From contig OZ024747.1 of NCBI GenBank assembly GCA_964016885.1, forward strand, positions 21,948,001-22,012,000: 64,000 nt of DNA, read 5' to 3'. The notes beneath the pieces were generated by a model. It saw nothing but the letters and a program-made list of their open reading frames with translations, had not been told where the DNA came from and ran no database searches. Within the stretch, counting starts at the first letter, position 1; the number at the start of each line of letters is the position of its first letter. This document shows, piece by piece, positions 1 to 13,576 of the stretch. A program made the position numbers and the translations under genes. The stretch comes from Eledone cirrhosa. Its lineage: Eukaryota.

Positions 1-78
1 GACATAACGCATCGCCCGGTCCAGGAATTGAACTCACAACCTCACGATTGCGAATCCAATTCTCTAACCACTCAGCCA
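1..78 (-). mobile_element. tRNA-derived SINE head (truncated by window edge)
   Basis: Minus strand TGGCTGAGTGG (A box) ... GAGTTCAATTCC (B box); related copy near 25680. Confidence 0.6.
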
Positions 79-162
79 TATATATATGTTATGTATTTCC
101 GAAGAAAAAACAAAGCAAAAAATTATATATATATATATAATAATGTATATATATATATATAT

Positions 163-231
<69 letters not shown>

Positions 232-779
232 GTGGGTGAGAGGAATAGGGGGAAAAAAATCAATCACAGTACTGGATGGAACCTTTTATATCAACCTTCA
301 CCGGAACGAATACCGAAAATCGTTCTAACGTTTTCTGACGTTTTCTAACGATTTCTAACGATTCTGACGTTTTAACAACTCTGCCACTTCACCACCTTAA
401 ATTATCTAATGCATTTATTTCCTTATTTAACGTAGATATGACTGTTATTTCTATGACCTCGGGCAATCACGTAGAGGCTCCATCATTCGTTAAGTTTAGA
501 GTGCCTTCCCCACTTGTCCTGTACTGAGATATCAGTCCCCCCCCCCCCCCCCCCCAAACCCACCTCACTCAACACAAAACGAGCCACGCCTTCAGTCAGA
601 ATCAATTGAGCTGCAATAATTACGAAACCGAGGAGACAAAACAATTCTCACAGTCCTTCTCACCCATTACATGAACACAAAGAACAGAAGAATAAAGAAA
701 GTGTTATTAATTAGATGTCATCACCATTTTCCTATATATATACACACACACACATATACACATATATATATATATTGGG

Positions 780-859
<80 letters not shown>

Positions 860-872
860 TAATATATATATA

Positions 873-1607
<735 letters not shown>

Positions 1608-1831
1608 TATATAAAACATGAGAAGAAAGAAGAATACTGCGTGGTTTGCACATAGGTTACATATGATAAAAATAGTCCTTCGTCAGTGATTTTCCAACCA
1701 TCATTGGTATTTCATCGCATTAAAAATCAGATACCTCAGGTTGGTGCGAGCAATAACTAAAAAAAGTTATTGGGACCAGAATTCGCGTAAGGCGAGGGGG
1801 ACAAGTAAACAACATAGAAGGATAAAAGCAA

Positions 1832-2033
1832 AGGAAAATGTATGACCCCGACGGCAGAGCTCAAGCCGTTTCGACGGCTATTTCTGGACTAAATTCAGTC
1901 CAGAAATAGCCGTCGAAACGGCTTGAGCTCTGCCGTCGGGGTCATACATTTTCCTATTACCCACTCTACTACCCTAAACATTGAGTACTCTGGTGCGTTA
2001 TGGTCCATCTGGTTCCTTACCACACCTCCTTCG

Positions 2034-2036
<3 letters not shown>
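1832..2036 (+). mobile_element. Penelope-like inverted-repeat+tail insertion, family A copy 1
   Basis: Palindrome 1832-1955, tail 1956-2036, then (TA)n; homologous copies at 38115 and 57130. Confidence 0.65.
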
Positions 2037-2371
<335 letters not shown>

Positions 2372-2436
2372 GGAATCAGTTCCCGTCCCACTCTTGCAAG
2401 CAGGGAAAAAGCGGACGTAAAATGAAATGATAATGA
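2372..2436 (+). mobile_element. RTE LINE extreme 3' end
   Basis: Similar to 1550-1600 (cttgcaagcagggaaaaa..ggacgtaaaatga..atgataatg). Confidence 0.6.
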
Positions 2437-2714
2437 ATACTGTTGGCTTTTTGCTACAATATTTTCTATATTTCATTTATATATATAATTAAGTTAAAGA
2501 TGTACATCCATATATGTATACTGAAATACTAGTATGTATATGAATACACACACGTATACATATGTAGATGTACCAAGTTTTTTTTTTTTCACTGGTCACT
2601 TTACTGTGAGTGGCCAGCTATTCTGTATGTAAACACACAGACAAACCGGTTTTTAGAGTCATACTGGTTTTTGAGGAAACACCTTTCCTCTATTCTCCAG
2701 AAAGCCAGACAAGG

Positions 2715-2759
2715 AATATTGAACTAGTTTCGTTGTTGTTACAACTCATCAGCAATATT
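2715..2759 (-). ncRNA. Minimal type I hammerhead ribozyme
   Basis: aauauug CUGAUGA guugu-aaca-acaac GAA ac-ua-gu U caauauu: 7-bp stem I, 5-bp stem II, palindromic stem III, GUU triplet. Confidence 0.85.
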
Positions 2760-3184
2760 TACCTATCTTCCAGCCTCTCTAGAGAATCGTAAAAGCACAT
2801 ATCGTTATATGCTTTTTCTATGAAAATTAGTAGTGGGCAGACTAATTTGCACAGAGTGTGAGTAAGTACCGGTTCAACGGAGACGATAAAAACAAATAAC
2901 GAAACGAAATTAAATTTCGTTTCGTTTGTAACTCACTTTTGTATGACTGACGCTTAAACAATTAAGTTAAAGATGTACATCCATATATGTATACTGAAAT
3001 ACTAGTATGTATATGAATACACACACGTATACATATGTAGATGTACCAAGTTTTTTTTTCACTGGTCACTTTACTGTGAGTGGCCAGCTATTCTGTATGT
3101 AAACACACAGACAAACCGGTTTTTAGAGTCATACTGGTTTTTGAGGAAACACCTTTCCTCTATTCTCCAGAAAGCCAGACAAGG

Positions 3185-3229
3185 AATATTGAACTAGTTT
3201 CGTTGTTGTTACAACTCATCAGCAATATT
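3185..3229 (-). ncRNA. Minimal type I hammerhead ribozyme
   Basis: Identical to 2715-2759. Confidence 0.85.
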
Positions 3230-3654
3230 TACCTATCTTCCAGCCTCTCTAGAGAATCGTAAAAGCACATATCGTTATATGCTTTTTCTATGAAAATTAG
3301 TAGTGGGCAGACTAATTTGCACAGAGTGTGAGTAAGTACCGGTTCAACGGAGACGATAAAAACAAATAACGAAACGAAATTAAATTTCGTTTCGTTTGTA
3401 ACTCACTTTTGTATGACTGACGCTTAAACAATTAAGTTAAAGATGTACATCCATATATGTATACTGAAATACTAGTATGTATATGAATACACACACGTAT
3501 ACATATGTAGATGTACCAAGTTTTTTTTTCACTGGTCACTTTACTGTGAGTGGCCAGCTATTCTGTATGTAAACACACAGACAAACCGGTTTTTAGAGTC
3601 ATACTGGTTTTTGAGGAAACACCTTTCCTCTATTCTCCAGAAAGCCAGACAAGG

Positions 3655-3699
3655 AATATTGAACTAGTTTCGTTGTTGTTACAACTCATCAGCAATATT
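3655..3699 (-). ncRNA. Minimal type I hammerhead ribozyme
   Basis: Identical to 2715-2759. Confidence 0.85.
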
Positions 3700-4494
3700 T
3701 ACCTATCTTCCAGCCTCTCTAGAGAATCGTAAAAGCACATATCGTTATATGCTTTTTCTATGAAAATTAGTAGTGGGCAGACTAATTTGCACAGAGTGTG
3801 AGTAAGTACCGGTTCAACGGAGACGATAAAAACAAATAACGAAACGAAATTAAATTTCGTTTCGTTTGTAACTCACTTTTGTATGACTGACGCTTAAACA
3901 ATTAAGTTAAAGATGTACATCCATATATGTATACTGAAATACTAGTATGTATATGAATACACACACGTATACATATGTAGATGTACCAAGTTTTTTTTTC
4001 ACTGGTCACTTTACTGTGAGTGGCCAGCTATTCTGTATGTAAACACACAGACAAACTAGTTCAATATTCCTTGTCTGGCTTTCTGGAGAATAGAGGAAAG
4101 GTGTTTCCTCAAAAACCAGTATGACTCTAAAAACCGGTTTGTCTGTGTGTTTACATACAGAATAGCTGGCCACTCACAGTAAAGTGACCAGTGAAAAAAA
4201 AAACTTGGTACATCTACATATGTATACGTGTGTGTATTCATATACATACTAGTATTTCAGTATACATATATGGATGTACATCTTTAACTTAATTGTTTAA
4301 GCGTCAGTCATACAAAAGTGAGTTACAAACGAAACGAAATTTAATTTCGTTTCGTTATTTGTTTTTATCGTCTCCGTTGAACCGGTACTTACTCACACTC
4401 TGTGCAAATTAGTCTGCCCACTACTAATTTTCATAGAAAAAGCATATAACGATATGTGCTTTTACGATTCTCTAGAGAGGCTGGAAGATAGGTA

Positions 4495-4539
4495 AATATT
4501 GCTGATGAGTTGTAACAACAACGAAACTAGTTCAATATT
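4495..4539 (+). ncRNA. Minimal type I hammerhead ribozyme
   Basis: aatattgCTGATGAgttgtaacaacaacGAAactagtTcaatatt on the plus strand. Confidence 0.85.
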
Positions 4540-4967
4540 CCTTGTCTGGCTTTCTGGAGAATAGAGGAAAGGTGTTTCCTCAAAAACCAGTATGACTCTA
4601 AAAACCGGTTTGTCTGTGTGTTTACATACAGAATAGCTGGCCACTCACAGTAAAGTGACCAGTGAAAAAAAAAAAACTTGGTACATCTACATATGTATAC
4701 GTGTGTGTATTCATATACATACTAGTATTTCAGTATACATATATGGATGTACATCTTTAACTTAATTGTTTAAGCGTCAGTCATACAAAAGTGAGTTACA
4801 AACGAAACGAAATTTAATTTCGTTTCGTTATTTGTTTTTATCGTCTCCGTTGAACCGGTACTTACTCACACTCTGTGCAAATTAGTCTGCCCACTACTAA
4901 TTTTCATAGAAAAAGCATATAACGATATGTGCTTTTACGATTCTCTAGAGAGGCTGGAAGATAGGTA

Positions 4968-5012
4968 AATATTGCTGATGAGTTGTAACAACAACGAAAC
5001 TAGTTCAATATT
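4968..5012 (+). ncRNA. Minimal type I hammerhead ribozyme
   Basis: Identical copy. Confidence 0.85.
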
Positions 5013-5437
5013 CCTTGTCTGGCTTTCTGGAGAATAGAGGAAAGGTGTTTCCTCAAAAACCAGTATGACTCTAAAAACCGGTTTGTCTGTGTGTTTACAT
5101 ACAGAATAGCTGGCCACTCACAGTAAAGTGACCAGTGAAAAAAAAACTTGGTACATCTACATATGTATACGTGTGTGTATTCATATACATACTAGTATTT
5201 CAGTATACATATATGGATGTACATCTTTAACTTAATTGTTTAAGCGTCAGTCATACAAAAGTGAGTTACAAACGAAACGAAATTTAATTTCGTTTCGTTA
5301 TTTGTTTTTATCGTCTCCGTTGAACCGGTACTTACTCACACTCTGTGCAAATTAGTCTGCCCACTACTAATTTTCATAGAAAAAGCATATAACGATATGT
5401 GCTTTTACGATTCTCTAGAGAGGCTGGAAGATAGGTA

Positions 5438-5482
5438 AATATTGCTGATGAGTTGTAACAACAACGAAACTAGTTCAATATT
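5438..5482 (+). ncRNA. Minimal type I hammerhead ribozyme
   Basis: Identical copy. Confidence 0.85.
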
Positions 5483-5908
5483 CCTTGTCTGGCTTTCTGG
5501 AGAATAGAGGAAAGGTGTTTCCTCAAAAACCAGTATGACTCTAAAAACCGGTTTGTCTGTGTGTTTACATACAGAATAGCTGGCCACTCACAGTAAAGTG
5601 ACCAGTGAAAAAAAAAACTTGGTAACTCTACATATGTATACGTGTGTGTATTCATATACATACTAGTATTTCAGTATACATATATGGATGTACATCTTTA
5701 ACTTAATTGTTTAAGCGTCAGTCATACAAAAGTGAGTTACAAACGAAACGAAATTTAATTTCGTTTCGTTATTTGTTTTTATCGTCTCCGTTGAACCGGT
5801 ACTTACTCACACTCTGTGCAAATTAGTCTGCCCACTACTAATTTTCATAGAAAAAGCATATAACGATATGTGCTTTTACGATTCTCTAGAGAGGCTGGAA
5901 GATAGGTA

Positions 5909-5953
5909 AATATTGCTGATGAGTTGTAACAACAACGAAACTAGTTCAATATT
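5909..5953 (+). ncRNA. Minimal type I hammerhead ribozyme
   Basis: Identical copy. Confidence 0.85.
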
Positions 5954-6380
5954 CCTTGTCTGGCTTTCTGGAGAATAGAGGAAAGGTGTTTCCTCAAAAA
6001 CCAGTATGACTCTAAAAACCGGTTTGTCTGTGTGTTTACATACAGAATAGCTGGCCACTCACAGTAAAGTGACCAGTGAAAAAAAAAAACTTGGTACATC
6101 TACATATGTATACGTGTGTGTATTCATATACATACTAGTATTTCAGTATACATATATGGATGTACATCTTTAACTTAATTGTTTAAGCGTCAGTCATACA
6201 AAAGTGAGTTACAAACGAAACGAAATTTAATTTCGTTTCGTTATTTGTTTTTATCGTCTCCGTTGAACCGGTACTTACTCACACTCTGTGCAAATTAGTC
6301 TGCCCACTACTAATTTTCATAGAAAAAGCATATAACGATATGTGCTTTTACGATTCTCTAGAGAGGCTGGAAGATAGGTA

Positions 6381-6425
6381 AATATTGCTGATGAGTTGTA
6401 ACAACAACGAAACTAGTTCAATATT
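6381..6425 (+). ncRNA. Minimal type I hammerhead ribozyme
   Basis: Identical copy. Confidence 0.85.
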
Positions 6426-6850
6426 CCTTGTCTGGCTTTCTGGAGAATAGAGGAAAGGTGTTTCCTCAAAAACCAGTATGACTCTAAAAACCGGTTTGTC
6501 TGTGTGTTTACATACAGAATAGCTGGCCACTCACAGTAAAGTGACCAGTGAAAAAAAAACTTGGTACATCTACATATGTATACGTGTGTGTATTCATATA
6601 CATACTAGTATTTCAGTATACATATATGGATGTACATCTTTAACTTAATTGTTTAAGCGTCAGTCATACAAAAGTGAGTTACAAACGAAACGAAATTTAA
6701 TTTCGTTTCGTTATTTGTTTTTATCGTCTCCGTTGAACCGGTACTTACTCACACTCTGTGCAAATTAGTCTGCCCACTACTAATTTTCATAGAAAAAGCA
6801 TATAACGATATGTGCTTTTACGATTCTCTAGAGAGGCTGGAAGATAGGTA

Positions 6851-6895
6851 AATATTGCTGATGAGTTGTAACAACAACGAAACTAGTTCAATATT
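6851..6895 (+). ncRNA. Minimal type I hammerhead ribozyme
   Basis: Identical copy. Confidence 0.85.
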
Positions 6896-7258
6896 CCTTG
6901 TCTGGCTTTCTGGAGAATAGAGGAAAGGTGTTTCCTCAAAAACCAGTATGACTCTAAAAACCGGTTTGTCTGTGTGTTTACATACAGAATAGCTGGCCAC
7001 TCACAGTAAAGTGACCAGTGAAAAAAAAACTTGGTACATCTACATATGTATACGTGTGTGTATTCATATACATACTAGTATTTCAGTATACATATATGGA
7101 TGTACATCTTTAACTTAATTGTTTAAGCGTCAGTCATACAAAAGTGAGTTACAAACGAAACGAAATTTAATTTCGTTTCGTTATTTGTTATTTATATATA
7201 TATATATACATATATGTATGTGTGTATGTATGTGTATGTTTGTATGAGTGTGTGTATG

Positions 7259-7290
<32 letters not shown>

Positions 7291-7942
7291 CGTATGTGTG
7301 AGTGTGTGTGTGTGTTTGTGTGTATGTATGTGTGTGCGTGTGTGTCTGTGTGTGTGTGTGTGAGGGTTTGAAAAATGACTGACTTTTTGTTATTTTTTTA
7401 ATAGGTTTCTGTATTCACGTGTCAAGTAATTTAATGATTATTTTATAGATTTCTGTTTACTTTAAGCGGGTTCAGCTGTTTATAGCTTTTTCAAAACGAT
7501 TTCGTTACAGTATTTCGAAAAATGTTTTCGTTTATCTCACGTGGTTGGTCGCTAGTGTTCTTGTTGAACAGAAGGACACAACTGGTTTTATCGTTGTCGC
7601 TTAAATCAAGGAGAATATGCTTCATTCTCTCTTCCTCTTCCTCTTCCTCCTTTCCTATCCTTCCTCATCTCTAAGACGTGACATTTGTTACCGCCTCGCA
7701 ATATGTTCTTACTCTGTCTCTTGTCACTTCCTGTATGCTATTATGTCTTCCCATTTGCATCATGTTTTGGTCAGAGCTAGACATGTCTTTATAACTCTAT
7801 CTTCGCTCTACTTCGTATCGTTCTTCAATGAAGGTCCCAACTAACATCTTTCTTTTCCGTACATGTTCCTTATACATGCTTTTGTCTTTTGGACGTCTCT
7901 TCATTCAGTTTTGGTTTTAGTTATAAACAAAGCTATGGAACA

Positions 7943-8035
7943 ATAATAATTGTTTCTACTTTTGGCACAAGACCAGCAATTACCCCAGTGCATTACTGGT
8001 ACTTTATTTTAGTAATGCACTGGGGTAATTGCTGG
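7943..8035. mobile_element. Fold-back fragment of SINE family 1 3' end
   Basis: ccagcaattaccccagtgcattact ... agtaatgcactggggtaattgctgg inverted arms. Confidence 0.7.
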
Positions 8036-8169
8036 CAAAGGAACAATTAAAAATGATTCAGATCTTTTAATGGTTTTAATCATTTTATCAGTTTACAGTG
8101 ATAAAAAAAACAAAAAAAACGTGAAATGTATATCATTTATAGTCTGAGTATGAAGGAGAATGTTTGTGT

Positions 8170-8369
8170 NNNNNNNNNNNNNNNNNNNNNNNNNNNNNNN
8201 NNNNNNNNNNNNNNNNNNNNNNNNNNNNNNNNNNNNNNNNNNNNNNNNNNNNNNNNNNNNNNNNNNNNNNNNNNNNNNNNNNNNNNNNNNNNNNNNNNNN
8301 NNNNNNNNNNNNNNNNNNNNNNNNNNNNNNNNNNNNNNNNNNNNNNNNNNNNNNNNNNNNNNNNNNNNN
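8170..8369. other. Assembly gap (200 N)
   Basis: Run of N; aggagaatgtttgtgt on both sides. Confidence 0.99.
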
Positions 8370-8475
8370 AGGAGAATGTTTGTGTGTATTTTCGTATATG
8401 AATCTGTGTGCGTGCGTGTATATGAATGTGTGTATATACATACACACACAAACGCGCGCGTGCGAGCACACACAC

Positions 8476-8568
<93 letters not shown>

Positions 8569-8721
8569 CACACACACACGCACGCACGCACGCACGTGCA
8601 CATACACCCCCCCACCCCCCACACACACACGAGTAAAAGGTAAACAGAAATAACAACACAATCGGTACAGTATATGGAAGGTACAATATATTAGGTTAAC
8701 GCTTGATATAGCAGGAAGAAG

Positions 8722-8757
8722 GTCTTAATGTTTCGGACGCTAGTCTTTCATCAGAAG
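8722..8757 (-). other. Degenerate hammerhead-like motif (PLE-type remnant)
   Basis: Minus strand CTGATGA-aagac-tagc-gtcc-GAAAC; stems I and III not convincing. Confidence 0.35.
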
Positions 8758-8975
8758 AAAGAAAGAGAAATAAGATAGATTGAAGGGGCGGGAGGGGTGG
8801 AATTGGAAAACATGTCTTAATATATATACATATGTAGGTATGTGTATGTATATACACACACCTACATAATTTTACTGGTTTAAGTCATTGGACCGCGGCC
8901 TTGGTGGAGCACACTCTGTTGTCTGTCTAGTTGTCTTTTGCCCCCTCTCTCGCGCTCTCTCTCTCTTTCTCTCTA

Positions 8976-9015
<40 letters not shown>

Positions 9016-9096
9016 AATATATATATATGTATATATATATACACATATATATATATGTATATATATATATGTGTGTATATATATATATATACATAT

Positions 9097-9180
<84 letters not shown>

Positions 9181-9200
9181 ATATGTATATATATATATAT

Positions 9201-9249
<49 letters not shown>

Positions 9250-9529
9250 TATATATATATACAGGTATGACGGAGGGGTGCGATGGTATAAAGATGATAA
9301 TAATCTGGTTTGGCAGGTAGAGTAAAATTTCACCCTGAAATATTTCTCAGTCAAGTTGATGGAGGAAGCAATATCTCTGACGTCTGCTCTTTACTCGTCA
9401 CATGGCTGCCATCTTGTATCGGGTTTCATGCCTTTATTTTTCATGCTATATATATACTTTGTTGTTCTTCTTCATTTTTTTTTATTGTTGTTGTTGTTAT
9501 TACTATCATTATTGTTGTTTTGTAGTATT

Positions 9530-9656
9530 GTATTGTTGCTTCTGCTGCTGCTGCTGCTGTTGTTGTTGTTGTTGCTATTGTTTCTGTTGTTGTTTGTAAT
9601 GTTATTGTTGTTTTTAGCGTTGCTGATGTAGTAGTAGTAGTAGTAGTAGTAGTTAT

Positions 9657-9694
<38 letters not shown>

Positions 9695-9791
9695 TAGTAG
9701 CAGCAGTAGTAGTAGTAGTAGCAGCAGCAGTAGTAGTAGTAGAAGCAGTTGTAGTAGTAGCAGCAGTAGTAGTAGTAGTAGCAGTAGTAGT

Positions 9792-9823
<32 letters not shown>

Positions 9824-10272
9824 CAGTAGCAGTAGTAGTAGTAACAGCAGCAGCAGTAGTAGTAGTAGCAGTAGTAGTAGTAGTAGTAGCAGTAGTAGTA
9901 GTAGTAGTAGCAGCAGCAGCAGCAGCCGCAGTAGTAGTAGCAGTAGTAGCAGCAGTAGTAGTAGTAGTAGCAGTAGCAGTTGTAGTAGTAGCAGCAGTAG
10001 CAGTAGTAGTAGCAGTAGTAGTAGCAGCAGCAGCAGCAGCAGCAGTAGCTATTGTTGTTGTCTGTAGTGTTGTTGTTGTCGTTCTTGTTTATAGTATTAT
10101 AGACAGTATTGTTGTTGTTTATATTGCTGTTACTGTCATTGTTGTTGTTTATTGTTGTTACTGTCGTCATTGTTGTTATTGTTGTTGTTACTGTCGTCAT
10201 TGTTGTTCGACTATATCTTTATTTTTTTCTACTACTACTACTACTACTACTAGTAGTAGTAGTAATAATAAT
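9530..10272. repeat. Mosaic trinucleotide tract (CTG/TTG/TAG/CAG)
   Basis: Direct reading. Confidence 0.95.
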
Positions 10273-10273
10273 A

Positions 10274-10460
10274 ATTGTTTCTACGTTAGGCACAAGGCCA
10301 GCAATTACCCAGTGCATTACTGGTACTTTATTTTATCGACCCGTAAGGATGAAAGGCAAAGTTAACCTCGACGGGATTTGAACTCAAACCGTAAAGGGAC
10401 GTAACTATGCTAGAAAGCATGGCGTCCGACCCTCTACCAATACTGCCAATCCACCGCCAA
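10274..10460 (-). mobile_element. SINE family 1 (tRNA head + Deu/Nin-like domain)
   Basis: Reverse of gagttcaaatcccgccgaggttaactttgcctttcatccttacggggtcgataaaataaagtaccag. Confidence 0.85.
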
Positions 10461-11035
10461 ATAATAATAAGACTCAAGAAGCATCAAATCACACAGCTGT
10501 ATGAAATAAATGTGTAGATCAGTTAAAACCGTTGACTTTTCTTAACATTATTAAACCATTCTAAGCCTTTCCATGCTGTGTTCTTTTCTCTGTGTCTGAG
10601 AATAACCTTTACAGCCTTCTTTTTCTATTTTCTGTTTTCTGTCGCTTGGAAGCCATCTGGGAAAGCGTACTGAATGTTACAATAATTGCTTATTCAACCT
10701 TTACGGCTCTGCTAGATTCGATTTAGTAAAATAAAAAATATATATATTAAACAAAAGTAGATAAAATAGTTTACATACGCACATACATACGAATTTACAT
10801 ACATATATACATATATACATAGATACATATATACATATATATATATACATACATACATATATGTAGACACACAGGGGTGCGCACAAACATACAGACGCAA
10901 ACACACACAACACACACACATATATATGCATATGCATACATGTATATATAGATATACACACACACACACACACACATTTACACACACACACACACATATG
11001 TGTGTGTGTGTGTGTATGTAGATACATACATACAA

Positions 11036-11646
11036 CATGGTGGCTGCCAACTCGTTTTCGAGTACGGCCACTACTTTATATCCATGTAGGAGAACCCCTA
11101 CCGATGCGCTGAACGCGTGTAACTTTTTAGTTCAGCCAGCGACTTGAAAACTCTGGTACAAACACTTCACTTGTGACAATTATTGACACATAGTGCTGGG
11201 CCCATGGTACCATGTGACGACAAGTGCAGTGAGATCTCCAGATATAAAGCAATGCCTGTGCCGTGAAGCTTTTATAGTGAGCAAAGGCACTGCACAAAGC
11301 CAGTCCCACTCTCTTAACCAAGATGATATTTACCAAAAAGAAGAACAAGTCAATATCATTGGATACCATCAGGGTTGCAGGTATTATATCAGAGTTTACC
11401 TTCTCCTAGAATTCTGCCTTGACAAAGGCTAAGGGGTCATCTCGCCCGCTGATTTTGGATGGCCATTGACTCTTAAGAGCTCCTTTGCCCTTTGACAGGT
11501 TTTGTTTTTAGTCCTGCAGGATGTCCAAAGTCACCCTCCTCACCAAGAAACCTTGGTGGGGGTTGCCAGTTTAGTCGCCAACGACCCGACCATGAGACAG
11601 GTTGTACTGGGATACATGTTACCAGTAGCACCAACTGGTGACCTGA
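11036..11646 (-). mobile_element. Short RTE-derived element (5'UTR-like part + C-terminal C2H2 remnant + 3' UTR), (TATG)n flanks
   Basis: Homologous to 51108-51672 and 30004-30160; those copies encode HKCSVCTRVFKSLAGLKSHTRSAHR*. Confidence 0.6.
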
Positions 11647-11703
11647 CACATACATACATACATACATACATACATACATACATACATACATACATACATA
11701 CAC

Positions 11704-12042
11704 GTCAGAAAAATACAGGAGAAGGAGGACATCTACGGACCATTGATGAGGAGCTTACAAATCCAGTATCCAAGATACACCTTTAGCTTCATACCCATCA
11801 TTATTGGTGCTACGGGTTATATACCAACCCGCTTGGACCAAAGTATGACCGAACTTGGATTTGCGGACAAAAAGCGCAGCTCCCTAATTCATAGTCTACA
11901 AATGGCTGCGATAGCTGGCACCTTCAAAATATGCAAAACATTCTTGCGATTCAAGGGATGACAATTTTTTTTCTTTTACAACCTTGCCACCAGGAAGGTG
12001 GCCGGTCAAAAAAATATACTCGAAATTAAGAGAAAGAGAAAA
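11704..12042 (+). mobile_element. R4/Dong-like (RLE) non-LTR retrotransposon 3' fragment in (CATA)n
   Basis: Near-identical to 51995-52333; IPIIIGATGYIP...ICKTFL*. Confidence 0.8.
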
Positions 12043-12684
12043 CATACATACATACATATGTGTGTGCGTCGGTGTTTGAGTAAAGCAAAAGAAAAGATAA
12101 AATGAACTATGTCTATTTCTCAGAACAACTATATATATATATATTTATTAAAATATATATGTGTGTGTGTGCGCACGTACACATATATATTAATATTTAT
12201 GTGTGCGTATATATATATTAATATTAATATGTATTTGTATATGTGTGTACATGTGAGTGTGGACATATTCAACTTTACTTTTATTGTGTATTTGATGAGT
12301 CAGGTGACCTCAATTTTAATATTTTTATACTGTTTTTTTCTTTCATGTATTTAGCTTTAAGTGAATTTCGCTTTTTTTAAAAATAAGTATTTATAAAATA
12401 CTTTTTATAAGTATTTCTAAAATTCGTTTTTTAAGTATTTCTATATTTATGTTTTAGTTTTACTTCTTCATTTTATTTTAGCAGACAAAGCAACAATGGC
12501 TGTTGGTTGAAATATATTTCTAAAATCAAACATCAAGTAATGGAAATATATATGAGGCAATTAGCACAGGAAATTAGAAAATAACGATACACTACTTGCT
12601 TTAATTAATTACATTTCTTACCTACCTACATTTTCATTAGATTCTAAATATTATGGATTTACATAGGCAACCAACGAGTAAGCA

Positions 12685-13545
<861 letters not shown>

Positions 13546-13576
13546 ATATACACGACCTTCCACCCGTTGACACAGC

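Larger units (their letters stand above)
2487..7189. mobile_element. Tandem array of ~10 x 470-bp hammerhead-containing units (non-LTR retrozyme-like), two head-to-head arms, inserted in (TA)n
   Basis: Unit starts at 2487, 2960, 3430, 3900; inversion at 4053-4056; about 6.7 reverse copies to 7189. Copies differ almost only in a T/A homopolymer. One type I HHR per unit. Confidence 0.9.

Noticed and set aside
1832-2036. Complete hammerheads in families A, B, C, F and G
   Set aside because: Only partial motifs (GAAAC, CAGAAGA) or none; no full three-stem fold found by eye.
2610-7000. Repeated 60-aa ORF MASYSVCKHTDK...
   Set aside because: GTG start, antisense to the ribozyme strand, no recognisable domain; a by-product of the repeat unit.
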